Shown here: piece after piece, positions 8,894-16,851 of the stretch
Position numbering within the stretch: the stretch's first letter is position 1
Layout: each line of letters starts with the position of its first letter
IMG/VR virus record: IMGVR_UViG_3300032321_000659
Span: 1 to 25,007 of that record
Strand: one strand, 5' to 3'
Source of the DNA: a virus
Lineage: Duplodnaviria > Caudoviricetes
DNA: 25,007 nt
Program-made: the position numbers and the translations under genes
The notes under the pieces: generated by a model
Databases searched by the model: none
Seen by the model: the letters and a program-made list of their open reading frames with translations, nothing else
Told to the model about the DNA's origin: nothing

Positions 8894-9880
8894 ATGGCAA
8901 AACAGACCTTTACGACGGGCCAGGTGCTCACCGCAGCGCAGATGACATCGTTGCAACAGACAGCAATGCTCGGTGGAAATGCAACCGCAAAGACAATCAG
9001 TTATACACTCGTCGCAGCCGATGCAGGCACAACCGTCGCAATGTCAAATGCAGGCGCAACTACGATCACAGTGAACACATCATTATTTTCAGCAGGCGAT
9101 ATCGTTACTATTTACAATCAAGGCGCAGGAGTCTGCACAATCACAGCAGGAACCGCCACAGTAAATACATCTGGATCCCTTGTCCTTGCACAATATCAGG
9201 GTGGGGTTCTCTATTTTATCAGCGCTAGCGCAGCCGTCTTCTTTCAGTTTGCAACACCAGCATCTGGAGACATCACTGGTGTAACTGCCGGCACTGGTAT
9301 CTCAGGCGGTGGAACATCCGGCGATGTAACAGTCACAAATTCAATGGCAACAGCATTGACTACTAAAGGAGATTTGACTCCAGCTACTGGATCAGCTGCA
9401 TTTGCCAGACTTGGCGTTGGAGCGAATAACACAGTACTTACTGCTGACTCAACAGCCGCTACTGGAATCAAATGGGCTACTCCAGCATCATCTTCTCCTG
9501 CTTCAAGTCAAAGTCGTGTAGATACATCACAAACAACTACTTCAGCAAGTTATGCCGCTTTAGCAACTGCTCAATCGGTAACTTTAACAACTGGCACAAA
9601 AGTATTAGTAATAATTAGTTCTGCAATTGGAAATTCTAACACTGGTGAAAGGCGAGTTAGTTATTCAGTAAGTGGGGCAACAACAATAGCGGCTTCTGAT
9701 ACTTGGGCAATTTTCTCAGGCGCGGACAATGCTGGAGAATCACAGGCACTTGCCGCTTCTTATGTTTCTTATCAAACAGTAACCGCAGGAAGTAACACGT
9801 TCACAATGCTATTCAAAATTGCTAGCGGAACAGGTACATTTTCAAATCGTCAAATTACAGTAATCGACTTGGGGTCTTAA
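8894..9880 (+). CDS. Tail fibre / receptor-binding protein
   Basis: AAGGAG SD; T/A/S/G-rich, modules 'FTTGQVLTAAQM', 'GDITGVTAGTGISGGGTSG', 'TTKGDL..ARLGVG..VLTADS..GIKWA'. Confidence 0.8.
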   Translation: MAKQTFTTGQVLTAAQMTSLQQTAMLGGNATAKTISYTLVAADAGTTVAMSNAGATTITVNTSLFSAGDIVTIYNQGAGVCTITAGTATVNTSGSLVLAQYQGGVLYFISASAAVFFQFATPASGDITGVTAGTGISGGGTSGDVTVTNSMATALTTKGDLTPATGSAAFARLGVGANNTVLTADSTAATGIKWATPASSSPASSQSRVDTSQTTTSASYAALATAQSVTLTTGTKVLVIISSAIGNSNTGERRVSYSVSGATTIAASDTWAIFSGADNAGESQALAASYVSYQTVTAGSNTFTMLFKIASGTGTFSNRQITVIDLGS

Positions 9881-9882
9881 TT

Positions 9883-10143
9883 ATGGCAATCACATCAAAA
9901 GAAATAAATCTTGGACAGTTAGATCAAGAGTTAGGTGGCAAAGGACTCATTGGAGATTTCAACGATCCGAAGAAGAAGCTTGTTCTTCCATCGGAAAATT
10001 CCGATTTAACCGAATCAGAATTAGAAGCCGGTATTGCGGTTCACGTAGCCATCGATGAGAATGCCGGCCGCAAAGCCGATCGTGCAGCACTTCTCGCACA
10101 GTTAGGAATCACCGAAGAGCAAGCGAAGCTCCTACTCGGATAA
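9883..10143 (+). CDS. Hypothetical, probable tail-fibre-associated/chaperone protein
   Basis: Directly after fibre; C-terminal 'RAALLAQLGITEEQAKLLLG'. Confidence 0.6.
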   Translation: MAITSKEINLGQLDQELGGKGLIGDFNDPKKKLVLPSENSDLTESELEAGIAVHVAIDENAGRKADRAALLAQLGITEEQAKLLLG

Positions 10144-10150
10144 TTTATTA

Positions 10151-10237
10151 ATGGGATACAAAGACGGCGACTGCACCCGGGAACCAACCCGGACGATTGA
10201 TGACGCCGTCGACGAAGTAGAAGCATCGGGGATCTAA
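10151..10237 (+). CDS. Possible 28-aa peptide MGYKDGDCTREPTRTIDDAVDEVEASGI
   Basis: Neatly fills the gap on the coding strand; no clear SD. Confidence 0.35.
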   Translation: MGYKDGDCTREPTRTIDDAVDEVEASGI

Positions 10238-10257
10238 GAAGAAACCAGGAGAGAAGA

Positions 10258-10512
10258 GTGGGAATCAGCACCCGACAAGTCACCGTAACCACAGCAGCAA
10301 CGGCCCTCGTTGACGCGACGGCCGAAGCCGAGATGGTCTATTTACACAGCTCAAGCGGCACGTGCTTCATTGGAAACAGCGATGTAACGACGAGCACCGG
10401 ATACAAGATGGATAACGGCGACAAGATCACGATTGATAACAAGGCAAACGGACTCTGGGCAATCACCAGCACAGGCACAGTCACCATGCAAGTGATGGCG
10501 ATCGGTAAATGA
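10258..10512 (+). CDS. Small beta-rich hypothetical protein (possible virion component)
   Basis: AGGAG SD, GTG start, ATGA overlap with next gene. Confidence 0.7.
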   Translation: MGISTRQVTVTTAATALVDATAEAEMVYLHSSSGTCFIGNSDVTTSTGYKMDNGDKITIDNKANGLWAITSTGTVTMQVMAIGK

Positions 10513-10727
10513 CCGCGCAGGATTACGCAGCTCTGGCCGTTTCAATTCTTACAATCGCCGGAGCCTTTATCGCGATAACCAGATGGCTCGTCAAGCATTA
10601 TCTGGCCGAATTAAAACCCAATGGCGGCAGCTCGGTAAGCGATAGAATTTCCAGAGTCGAAACCAGAGTGGACGAGATTTATAGCCTACTCTTGGAAAAT
10701 AACAAACCAAGAGGGGGCAGGAAATGA
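10509..10727 (+). CDS. Membrane protein of lysis cassette (holin-like)
   Basis: One N-terminal TM segment, 'ELKPNGGSS' motif and coiled tail; immediately before endolysin. Confidence 0.7.
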   Translation: MTAQDYAALAVSILTIAGAFIAITRWLVKHYLAELKPNGGSSVSDRISRVETRVDEIYSLLLENNKPRGGRK

Positions 10728-11233
10728 ACCAACTGGAGAAGTTTCTAGATGTAGCACAATCCGAACTCGGATACATCGAAGGGCCTCAAGATAACCAAAC
10801 AAAATACCAGAAGCCAAAGCAAGCCTGGTGCGGAGCATTCGTAAACTGGTGCGCAAAGCAAGCCGGAATCAAGATCCCAAACTGCACATACACGCCAGCA
10901 GGGGCCACAGCATTCATGGACAAGAACGCCTGGACAATTGCAGAGCAAGCAGATCCACAGCCAGGAGATATCGTCTTCTTTGACTTTCCAGGAGACGCGC
11001 TCGATCGCATTTCACACGTTGGAATCGTGATCAGCAATAACGGCAACGGCACAGTAACGACAATAGAAGGCAACACCAGCCCGGATAAGAAGGGCGACCA
11101 GCGCAACGGCGGCGAAGTCTGCAAGAAGATTCGAGCATTCAAGAAGAAAAATCGCAGCAAGGTTCAACCATCACTGCCAGTATTTATCGTAGGATTTGGC
11201 CGCCCTAAATTTAAGGAGATTACAAATGGATAA
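10724..11233 (+). CDS. Endolysin, CHAP-domain
   Basis: 'AWCGAFVNWC', 'PGDIVFFDF', 'SHVGIV', 'TIEGNT' catalytic Cys/His motifs. Confidence 0.9.
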   Translation: MNQLEKFLDVAQSELGYIEGPQDNQTKYQKPKQAWCGAFVNWCAKQAGIKIPNCTYTPAGATAFMDKNAWTIAEQADPQPGDIVFFDFPGDALDRISHVGIVISNNGNGTVTTIEGNTSPDKKGDQRNGGEVCKKIRAFKKKNRSKVQPSLPVFIVGFGRPKFKEITNG

Positions 11234-11420
11234 GAAGAAACTCGAAGCCATCATCATGACCTACCTGCGAGCAGGAGCAGCAGCAATCGCAGCTCTTTAT
11301 CTTGCAGATCCCAATCGCCCGATCAAGGAATACCTTGCAGCAGGAATCGCAGCAATAGCAGGCCCAATCTTGAAGGCCATCGATCCTAAAGCAACCGACT
11401 TCGGACGCGGAGCAAAGTAG
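11226..11420 (+). CDS. Holin-like membrane protein
   Basis: AAGGAG SD before ATG 11226; two hydrophobic helices, basic C-terminus; follows endolysin. Confidence 0.7.
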   Translation: MDKKKLEAIIMTYLRAGAAAIAALYLADPNRPIKEYLAAGIAAIAGPILKAIDPKATDFGRGAK

Positions 11421-11423
11421 TTG

Positions 11424-11687
11424 ATGAATCGGGGGGATATTCTTCAAGAAGCAGCTCGACTCACAGCCAAAGACCGCCAGAACATCTACGGCGATCCAAG
11501 AACCAATCACGTAAGAATTGCAGATTTATGGACGACATATCTCGAGCACCAGATAACCCCACAGCAAGTGGCCATATGCATGGCGCTAGTTAAAATCGCA
11601 CGTTTGATGGAGACAGAGACAGAAGACTCCTTCGTAGATTTAGCGGCATACGCAGCAATTGCCGGCGAGATTGCGACAGACAAATGA
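11424..11687 (+). CDS. DUF6378-like phage protein
   Basis: 'ILQEA......DRQ..YGDP..N..RIA.LW', 'VAICMALVKIAR', 'DSFVDLAAYAAI'; start 11421 (TTG) or 11424 (ATG). Confidence 0.8.
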   Translation: MNRGDILQEAARLTAKDRQNIYGDPRTNHVRIADLWTTYLEHQITPQQVAICMALVKIARLMETETEDSFVDLAAYAAIAGEIATDK

Positions 11688-12361
11688 AGGAAATGATTAT
11701 CCTCGTACCAACCAGAGGACGCCCGAGCAACGCAGTCGAATTGCTCGCAGAGCATGACAAACTTTCTACACATTCAGACATCCTCTTCGTTATTGACGCA
11801 AACGATCCAGAGCACGATCAATACGAACTCAAAGTCGGCAAAGACAAATGCATGACGATTGAGAATGAAACCCGGGGCATGGCTTACCCAATAAACAAGG
11901 CAGCGAGCGCCATCGTAAAGAAGGGCGAATATAAATACTTCGCCTTCCTCGGCGATGACCATCGCCCACGCACAGCCGGGTGGGATTCACTTCTTATCCA
12001 GGCGATGGCGAAGCGGCCGTCAATGGCCTACGGCAACGACTTGCTACAAGGCAAACGACTTCCAACCATGATCACGATGACGAGCGACATCGTCAAAGCG
12101 CTCGACGGAATGGTTCCGCCAAAGATGAAGCATTTATACCTTGATAACTTCTGGAAGAAACTAGGCGAAGATTTAGGGGCGCTGACTTATCTCGATGACG
12201 TTATCGTTGAACACATGCACCCAGTCGCCGGCAAAGCGGAATGGGATGAGGGATACAAGGAAGTCAACGCAACCGAAATCTACGCATTCGACGCCCTCGC
12301 TTACCAGAACTACATTCAAAGCGAAGCCTACGAATTACTCAAGCGCAAACTAAGGCCATGA
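11684..12361 (+). CDS. Glycosyltransferase, GT2-like
   Basis: 'ILVPTRGRP', 'LFVIDAND', 'AFLGDDH', 'HLYLDN', 'VEHMHP'. Confidence 0.8.
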   Translation: MKEMIILVPTRGRPSNAVELLAEHDKLSTHSDILFVIDANDPEHDQYELKVGKDKCMTIENETRGMAYPINKAASAIVKKGEYKYFAFLGDDHRPRTAGWDSLLIQAMAKRPSMAYGNDLLQGKRLPTMITMTSDIVKALDGMVPPKMKHLYLDNFWKKLGEDLGALTYLDDVIVEHMHPVAGKAEWDEGYKEVNATEIYAFDALAYQNYIQSEAYELLKRKLRP

Positions 12362-13071
12362 AGCAGCTCATCGCATACTCCTTATACGGCAGAGAAGAGC
12401 GATACACGATTGGTGCGATCAAGAACGCAATTCTGGCAACAAGGCACTTCAAAGGATTCACGCTTCGCTTTTACACCGGAGCCAGCGTCCCGGAATTCAT
12501 CAAACAAACCCTTCGCCTCTTCCCCCACGTGCAGCTCGAAGAGCAGGATGGGCCAGAAGATCACAGAGCCAAACTCTGGAGATTTCAGGCTTTAACAGAT
12601 CCAGAATTTGACGTTGTTCTCAGCCGCGATGCAGACGCCAGGCTGACGCACCGAGAACGGATCGCCCACGAAGAGTTTCTAGCAAGCGGCCTTGATTTCC
12701 ACATTATGAAAGACCACCCCACAGGCCACAATTACCAGATCAGCGCCGGCATGTTTGCATCTCGTACAAAGGCAATCCCGGCGGATTTAGCAATCGCAGA
12801 AGGTCAAAATTATTACACGCAGGATCAGGACTGGCTGGCGGCTGAACTTTGGCCACAGATCAAAGACAGCGCCCTGATCCACGATGAGACATACGAAACC
12901 CCCACAGAAGGCCAGAGCAAGCGCCGAGCATTCCCGATCGCAAAGAAGGCAACCTTGCACCACATCGGTGCAGCCCTTGAAGCAGACGATCGCTTCCATT
13001 TCAGCAGCGACCAAGCAATCGCAAAGGCCGAATCAGGAAGCGACAGATATCTGGCAGAATGGCTCATATGA
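12358..13071 (+). CDS. Putative GT-A fold glycosyltransferase-like protein
   Basis: 'IAYSLYG', 'WRF', DxD 'SRDADAR', 'FHIMKDHP..H', 'DQDWL'; ATGA-coupled within the sugar cassette. Confidence 0.65.
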   Translation: MKQLIAYSLYGREERYTIGAIKNAILATRHFKGFTLRFYTGASVPEFIKQTLRLFPHVQLEEQDGPEDHRAKLWRFQALTDPEFDVVLSRDADARLTHRERIAHEEFLASGLDFHIMKDHPTGHNYQISAGMFASRTKAIPADLAIAEGQNYYTQDQDWLAAELWPQIKDSALIHDETYETPTEGQSKRRAFPIAKKATLHHIGAALEADDRFHFSSDQAIAKAESGSDRYLAEWLI

Positions 13072-13931
13072 AGATTTTAATAACCGGAGACGCCGGCTTC
13101 GTTGGCCGCGCCTTTCACAGAGCGCTCAATGACAAAGGCCATGAGATCACCGGCATCGACATTGCAAACGGCATCGATTGCAGGGATTTCTTCAAGAAGG
13201 ACGACAGCAGATACGACGTCGTTATTCACCTCGCCGCGATCGTCGGGGGCAGAGCCACGATTGAAGGCAACCCTTTGGCCGTTGCCAGCGACCTCGCGAT
13301 CGACAGCGACATATTCCAGTGGGCCGTAAGAACCAAGCCAAAGCATCTCGTTTATTACAGCAGCTCGGCGGCTTACCCGATTTATTTGCAGAAGAGCGCC
13401 TACAAGCAACGCCTTCGAGAGAGCGATATCAATCTCGACCACATTCGCACCCCAGACTTGAGTTATGGATGGGCAAAATTAACCGGCGAAACTTTGGCCC
13501 GTTACGCCAGAGCAGAAGGCATCAAAGTCCACGTCCTGCGCCCATTTAGCGGATACGGCAGCGACCAAGACCTCGACTACCCATTCCCATCGTTGATTGC
13601 ACGCGGCAAAGCCAAACAGGATCCGTTCGACATATGGGGAACCGGCGAGCAAGTCCGCGACTTTATTCACATCGACGACGTCATTGCAGGAACATTTTCA
13701 GCGATCACAAACGACATCCAAACTTTGAACCTTTGCACCGGGCGACCGGTTTCATTCATCCAGCTCGCAGAGATGATCATGTTGGCGCAGGGATACCTGG
13801 CCCCGATCAGGAAACACCCAGGCAAGCCAAGCGGAGTCGAATACAGAGTCGGCGACCCCACGAAGATGCTTCAGATTTATGAGCCAAAGATCAGCCTAGA
13901 AGAAGGAATCGCTAGGGCGCTCAAGGCATAA
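13068..13931 (+). CDS. NAD-dependent nucleotide-sugar epimerase/dehydratase (extended SDR)
   Basis: GxxGxxG 'TGDAGFVG', 'HLAA', 'SSSAAY', YxxxK 'YGWAK', 'RDFIHIDD'; ATG 13068 overlaps previous TGA. Confidence 0.92.
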   Translation: MKILITGDAGFVGRAFHRALNDKGHEITGIDIANGIDCRDFFKKDDSRYDVVIHLAAIVGGRATIEGNPLAVASDLAIDSDIFQWAVRTKPKHLVYYSSSAAYPIYLQKSAYKQRLRESDINLDHIRTPDLSYGWAKLTGETLARYARAEGIKVHVLRPFSGYGSDQDLDYPFPSLIARGKAKQDPFDIWGTGEQVRDFIHIDDVIAGTFSAITNDIQTLNLCTGRPVSFIQLAEMIMLAQGYLAPIRKHPGKPSGVEYRVGDPTKMLQIYEPKISLEEGIARALKA

Positions 13932-13973
13932 AAATACCCCTCACAGCCAGGAAACAGGCGGTGGGGGGTATTT
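13932..13973. terminator. Bidirectional terminator hairpin between convergent operons
   Basis: AAATACCCCTCAC ... GTGGGGGGTATTT inverted repeat between stops at 13931 (+) and 13978 (-). Confidence 0.8.
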
Positions 13974-13977
13974 CTTG

Positions 13978-14220
13978 CTATTGGAGATCGGATGGATCCC
14001 GGATAGATCGCATTTCCTTCGCAATGACCCGATTGCCCCAATAAACAAGGAACCAACCGGGAAGAGTAGGAACGCGCAGCTCTTTCTTTGGCAGCAGCAT
14101 GATCAGGAAAGACCACAGGCCGAAGAATAAACCAAAGGCGAACCAGAACCAGATCCGTCGGCCATAAGCGAGCGCCAGGATCCCGGCAACAGGGGCGATG
14201 GCCAGATTCCACCAGCTCAT
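13978..14220 (-). CDS. Small multi-TM membrane protein (80 aa)
   Basis: Trp/Phe-rich hydrophobic segments; start overlaps RHH stop (ATGA). Confidence 0.75.
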   Translation of the reverse strand: MSWWNLAIAPVAGILALAYGRRIWFWFAFGLFFGLWSFLIMLLPKKELRVPTLPGWFLVYWGNRVIAKEMRSIRDPSDLQ

Positions 14221-14348
14221 CGGATGTAGGCTTTCAGAGCATCCACGATCACTTCGCTGACCGATTTCTCATCGGCGGCAGCCTTAGCTTTGACGGCAGC
14301 CCACAGGGAATCGGACACCCGGACAGAACGCATCTTCTTAACGGCCAC
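14217..14348 (-). CDS. Ribbon-helix-helix DNA-binding protein (CopG/Arc-like), 43 aa
   Basis: Hand translation MAVKKMRSVRVSDSLWAAVKAKAAADEKSVSEVIVDALKAYIR; GTG start with GAGGTGA SD; not in ORF track. Confidence 0.85.
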   Translation of the reverse strand: MAVKKMRSVRVSDSLWAAVKAKAAADEKSVSEVIVDALKAYIR

Positions 14349-14505
14349 TGGAGATCACCTCGTCAATCATGACCGAGCAGGATCCGTAACCAGAGCCAGT
14401 CCAGCAGACATCGCGAGTGGCATAGGTGAACAGGCTCAGCAGGAGCAAGCCGATCACGATCGCCACTGCGCGGCGTCGGCGCACAAACTTCGGATTCATC
14501 TTCAT
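14338..14505 (-). CDS. Small membrane protein, 55 aa
   Basis: MKMNPKFVRRRRAVAIVIGLLLLSLFTYATRDVCWTGSGYGSCSVMIDEVISSGR; TAATG-coupled; GAGG SD. Confidence 0.75.
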   Translation of the reverse strand: MKMNPKFVRRRRAVAIVIGLLLLSLFTYATRDVCWTGSGYGSCSVMIDEVISSGR

Positions 14506-14672
14506 TATTCGCCTCTCAATGCAGCTAGATATGAAGGAAGAGCAGACAAGACATTCACCATGACCGCCTGCATCAATTCAGGATCCTGAGCCTGGGCCGC
14601 ATCGACAAGATTGCGACCAGCCAGCTCCATCCCATCGCTAATATCCATAAGTAAAGACTTCATTGCACCCAT
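14505..14672 (-). CDS. Hypothetical helical protein, 55 aa
   Basis: MGAMKSLLMDISDGMELAGRNLVDAAQAQDPELMQAVMVNVLSALPSYLAALRGE; AAGGGG SD. Confidence 0.75.
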   Translation of the reverse strand: MGAMKSLLMDISDGMELAGRNLVDAAQAQDPELMQAVMVNVLSALPSYLAALRGE

Positions 14673-14676
14673 TTAT

Positions 14677-14826
14677 TTACCCCTTAATCGATTTTGGATA
14701 GTGACCGTTTATCTGAATATATTCAGCCAGAGTAACGACGCCTTTATATTCCAAGCAAGGAACGCAGTGCGATCCGTTTGTAACGCGAGCATCACAGAAA
14801 ATGCAATAAAACTCGACTGCCGGCAT
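14677..14826 (-). CDS. Small zinc-ribbon protein, 49 aa
   Basis: MPAVEFYCIFCDARVTNGSHCVPCLEYKGVVTLAEYIQINGHYPKSIKG; two CxxC; GAGGTGA SD. Confidence 0.75.
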   Translation of the reverse strand: MPAVEFYCIFCDARVTNGSHCVPCLEYKGVVTLAEYIQINGHYPKSIKG

Positions 14827-14994
14827 TTACTTCACCTCAAATTCTGAATGCTTTGGAAGACAGAAGACACAGATATCCATCCAGTAGCGCTCGCCATTTG
14901 AATGTTGATATTGGCGCTTGAAGATCGCCTGCCAGCGACCATCGCAGGCAACGCAATCTGGTAAGCCGGCAACCTTTGTGTTGGAGATTTTCAT
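14827..14994 (-). CDS. Small zinc-binding protein, 55 aa
   Basis: MKISNTK..CVAC..CVFC..; AAGGAG SD before ATG 14994, coupled to upstream stop. Confidence 0.75.
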   Translation of the reverse strand: MKISNTKVAGLPDCVACDGRWQAIFKRQYQHSNGERYWMDICVFCLPKHSEFEVK

Positions 14995-15296
14995 TAGAGC
15001 CACTCCTTCGCAATCGCAACGAGTACAGAAGAAGAAACCATCTGACCCTTGAATGAAATGGTTGCAGCAAGACCGAAGCATTCAAACTTATACATATGAA
15101 GAACATTGTCTTCAATTGCAAAGCGAACTCCGTCAATCATTAAAACACCGCGAGATGCTGGAATTGATTCAAAGAAACCAGATGCAAATAGATCGACACC
15201 GTCCCAGTTATTCTCAACAGGAACATCAGAGAAACCAGAGATCGCAAGCTCGGTAGCAGCTTCGATGATCACATCTTGCAAAGTAAGAACTGACAT
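14994..15296 (-). CDS. Hypothetical protein (100 aa), first gene of leftward operon
   Basis: GGGGGG SD precedes ATG 15296 (MSVLTLQD...). Confidence 0.75.
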   Translation of the reverse strand: MSVLTLQDVIIEAATELAISGFSDVPVENNWDGVDLFASGFFESIPASRGVLMIDGVRFAIEDNVLHMYKFECFGLAATISFKGQMVSSSVLVAIAKEWL

Positions 15297-15549
15297 TTTA
15301 TTACCCCCCACCGGCTGAGACATTCGCTCTTTGCCGATAAGAGAATCTTTGCATACGTCAAGACAAATGACCAGACAAAGACACGCCTAATTCCTGTGAG
15401 TTTCCTGTGAGTTTTATACACAGGCAAGGCAAAATGAGCGTGAGCGCCAGCGCCCCGGCGGAGCAACGGCGTGGCGGATCCCAGAATTAAGGAACAGCCC
15501 CCACAATTGGCAGCAACAAGGCACAGCGCCACAAGATCAGGGGGAACCA
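15297..15549. promoter_or_regulatory. Divergent promoter/control region
   Basis: Longest non-coding gap, between divergent operons; AGACA(AA) repeats at 15361/15373/15379, GACACGCC 15380-15387, tandem TTCCTGTGAGT x2 at 15391-15412. Confidence 0.7.
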
Positions 15550-15708
15550 ATGGAAATACAGCTCATCATCGGGGCATGGATCGCAGCGACCGCGATCATC
15601 ACCGCATTATTCTTGCGATGGGAAAATGATCCACTCGAAGAACAGATCCGTGAAGCAATGCAATACGAAACCAAACAGCAGAAGATTACAAAGGCAATCC
15701 GCAAATGA
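15550..15708 (+). CDS. Small single-TM protein, 52 aa
   Basis: MEIQLIIGAWIAATAIITALFLRWENDPLEEQIREAMQYETKQQKITKAIRK; AGGGGGAA SD; ATGA overlap; not in ORF track. Confidence 0.8.
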   Translation: MEIQLIIGAWIAATAIITALFLRWENDPLEEQIREAMQYETKQQKITKAIRK

Positions 15709-16043
15709 AATACCGCGATGCTTTATTCTCAGTACATGGCAACGAAGGACGCCTGGCAATTTATTTAGAAGAACAAGATGCCGTCCTTGATTTGATAGAA
15801 GAAACCGGCAACGAAGTACATCCGGACTACATTGCAGACTTGGCCATTTACGGAAAGATGGAGAATCTAAAAACAGAACAAGGCTTCGACAGATATTCCA
15901 AACATCGCAACAAACTAGATCCGACAGTTTTACTCCTTGCAAACATGAGCCAGGATGAAGCCCTCAATTTGGCAGAACAAATCCTGATTACAGTCAGAGC
16001 AATGAAAGAAACACCAGCTCCACGATTGGAAATTGTAAAGTAA
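15705..16043 (+). CDS. Hypothetical protein
   Basis: 112 aa, coupled on both sides. Confidence 0.75.
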   Translation: MKYRDALFSVHGNEGRLAIYLEEQDAVLDLIEETGNEVHPDYIADLAIYGKMENLKTEQGFDRYSKHRNKLDPTVLLLANMSQDEALNLAEQILITVRAMKETPAPRLEIVK

Positions 16044-16394
16044 ATGGCAAATCCAAACGGACGCAAAGGCGCACTCTTTGAAACAGATGTGATGAGATGG
16101 CTGCGTTCCGTTGGCGCGATCGCTGAACGATTGACTAAAGCCGGCAGCAAAGACGAAGGCGACATCGTTGCGATCGTTGCAGGCAAGACATACATTCTGG
16201 AATTAAAGAATCGAAAGAACATCTCACTCCCGGCGTTCTGGGAAGAAGCAACAACAGAAGCAAACAATTATGCAAAGGTCAGAGGGCTAGAGCAAACTCC
16301 GCCGGCATACGTCATAATAAAGAGACGCAATGCAGGAATTGAGAAGGCCTGGGTTGTTGAAAATTTAGAGCAATGGGTGCAGCGCCATGATTAA
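16044..16394 (+). CDS. Holliday junction resolvase, Hjc-like PD-(D/E)XK nuclease
   Basis: 'RKGALFE', 'DEGDI', 'ILELKNRK'. Confidence 0.8.
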   Translation: MANPNGRKGALFETDVMRWLRSVGAIAERLTKAGSKDEGDIVAIVAGKTYILELKNRKNISLPAFWEEATTEANNYAKVRGLEQTPPAYVIIKRRNAGIEKAWVVENLEQWVQRHD

Positions 16395-16851
16395 CACGAC
16401 GCAACATCTCCCACTTGTGCAGCTCTTTGAGAGAGCCGCATGCGCCGAAATTGGCGATCCCGATTATTTCTTCCCGGAAGGGAAAGTACAAGAGGCAGAG
16501 CGCCTCCCAAACCTTCGCAGAATATGCGCCGGTTGTATTGAAAGAAAGGAATGCTTGGCATACGCCATCAAAGAAGAGATACCACATGGCATCTGGGGCG
16601 GTAAGACACCGTCCGAGAGGGGCCAGAACTTGAAACGCGATCAGAAGAAGGAGCGCCAAAAGCACATCATCAAGCTACGCAATCAAGGAATCTCAACAGA
16701 CGAAATCGCCAGAAAAGTAGGCATCAGAGTGACCCAAGTATATCGGATCTTCGCTGAAGCAAACAAGGCGAGAAAGCGAGAAGACCAATCAAACCAGATC
16801 AGAAATACTCAGTCCGCCGATTTATCTTCATCATTGGAATTACAACGGTGA
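16387..16851 (+). CDS. whiB: WhiB-family Fe-S transcription factor with C-terminal HTH
   Basis: Four Cys (C...CxxCxxxxxC), 'PDYFFPE', 'HGIWGG.T..ER', then 'GISTDEIARKVGIRVTQVYRI'. Confidence 0.92.
   Translation: MINTTQHLPLVQLFERAACAEIGDPDYFFPEGKVQEAERLPNLRRICAGCIERKECLAYAIKEEIPHGIWGGKTPSERGQNLKRDQKKERQKHIIKLRNQGISTDEIARKVGIRVTQVYRIFAEANKARKREDQSNQIRNTQSADLSSSLELQR

Noticed and set aside
8894-9880. Diversity-generating retroelement target in the tail fibre
   Set aside because: No reverse transcriptase and no TR/VR repeat pair seen in the window.
96-13900. Numerous antisense ORFs of 60-150 aa over structural and sugar genes
   Set aside because: Fully overlap well-supported + strand genes and show no recognisable motifs.
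14338-14994. Three leftward genes are each exactly 168 nt, suggesting a cassette array
   Set aside because: No shared sequence or flanking repeats seen; likely coincidence.
14290-15318. Plus-strand ORFs over the leftward operon
   Set aside because: The minus-strand genes tile the region with SDs and coupled junctions; the plus ORFs do not.
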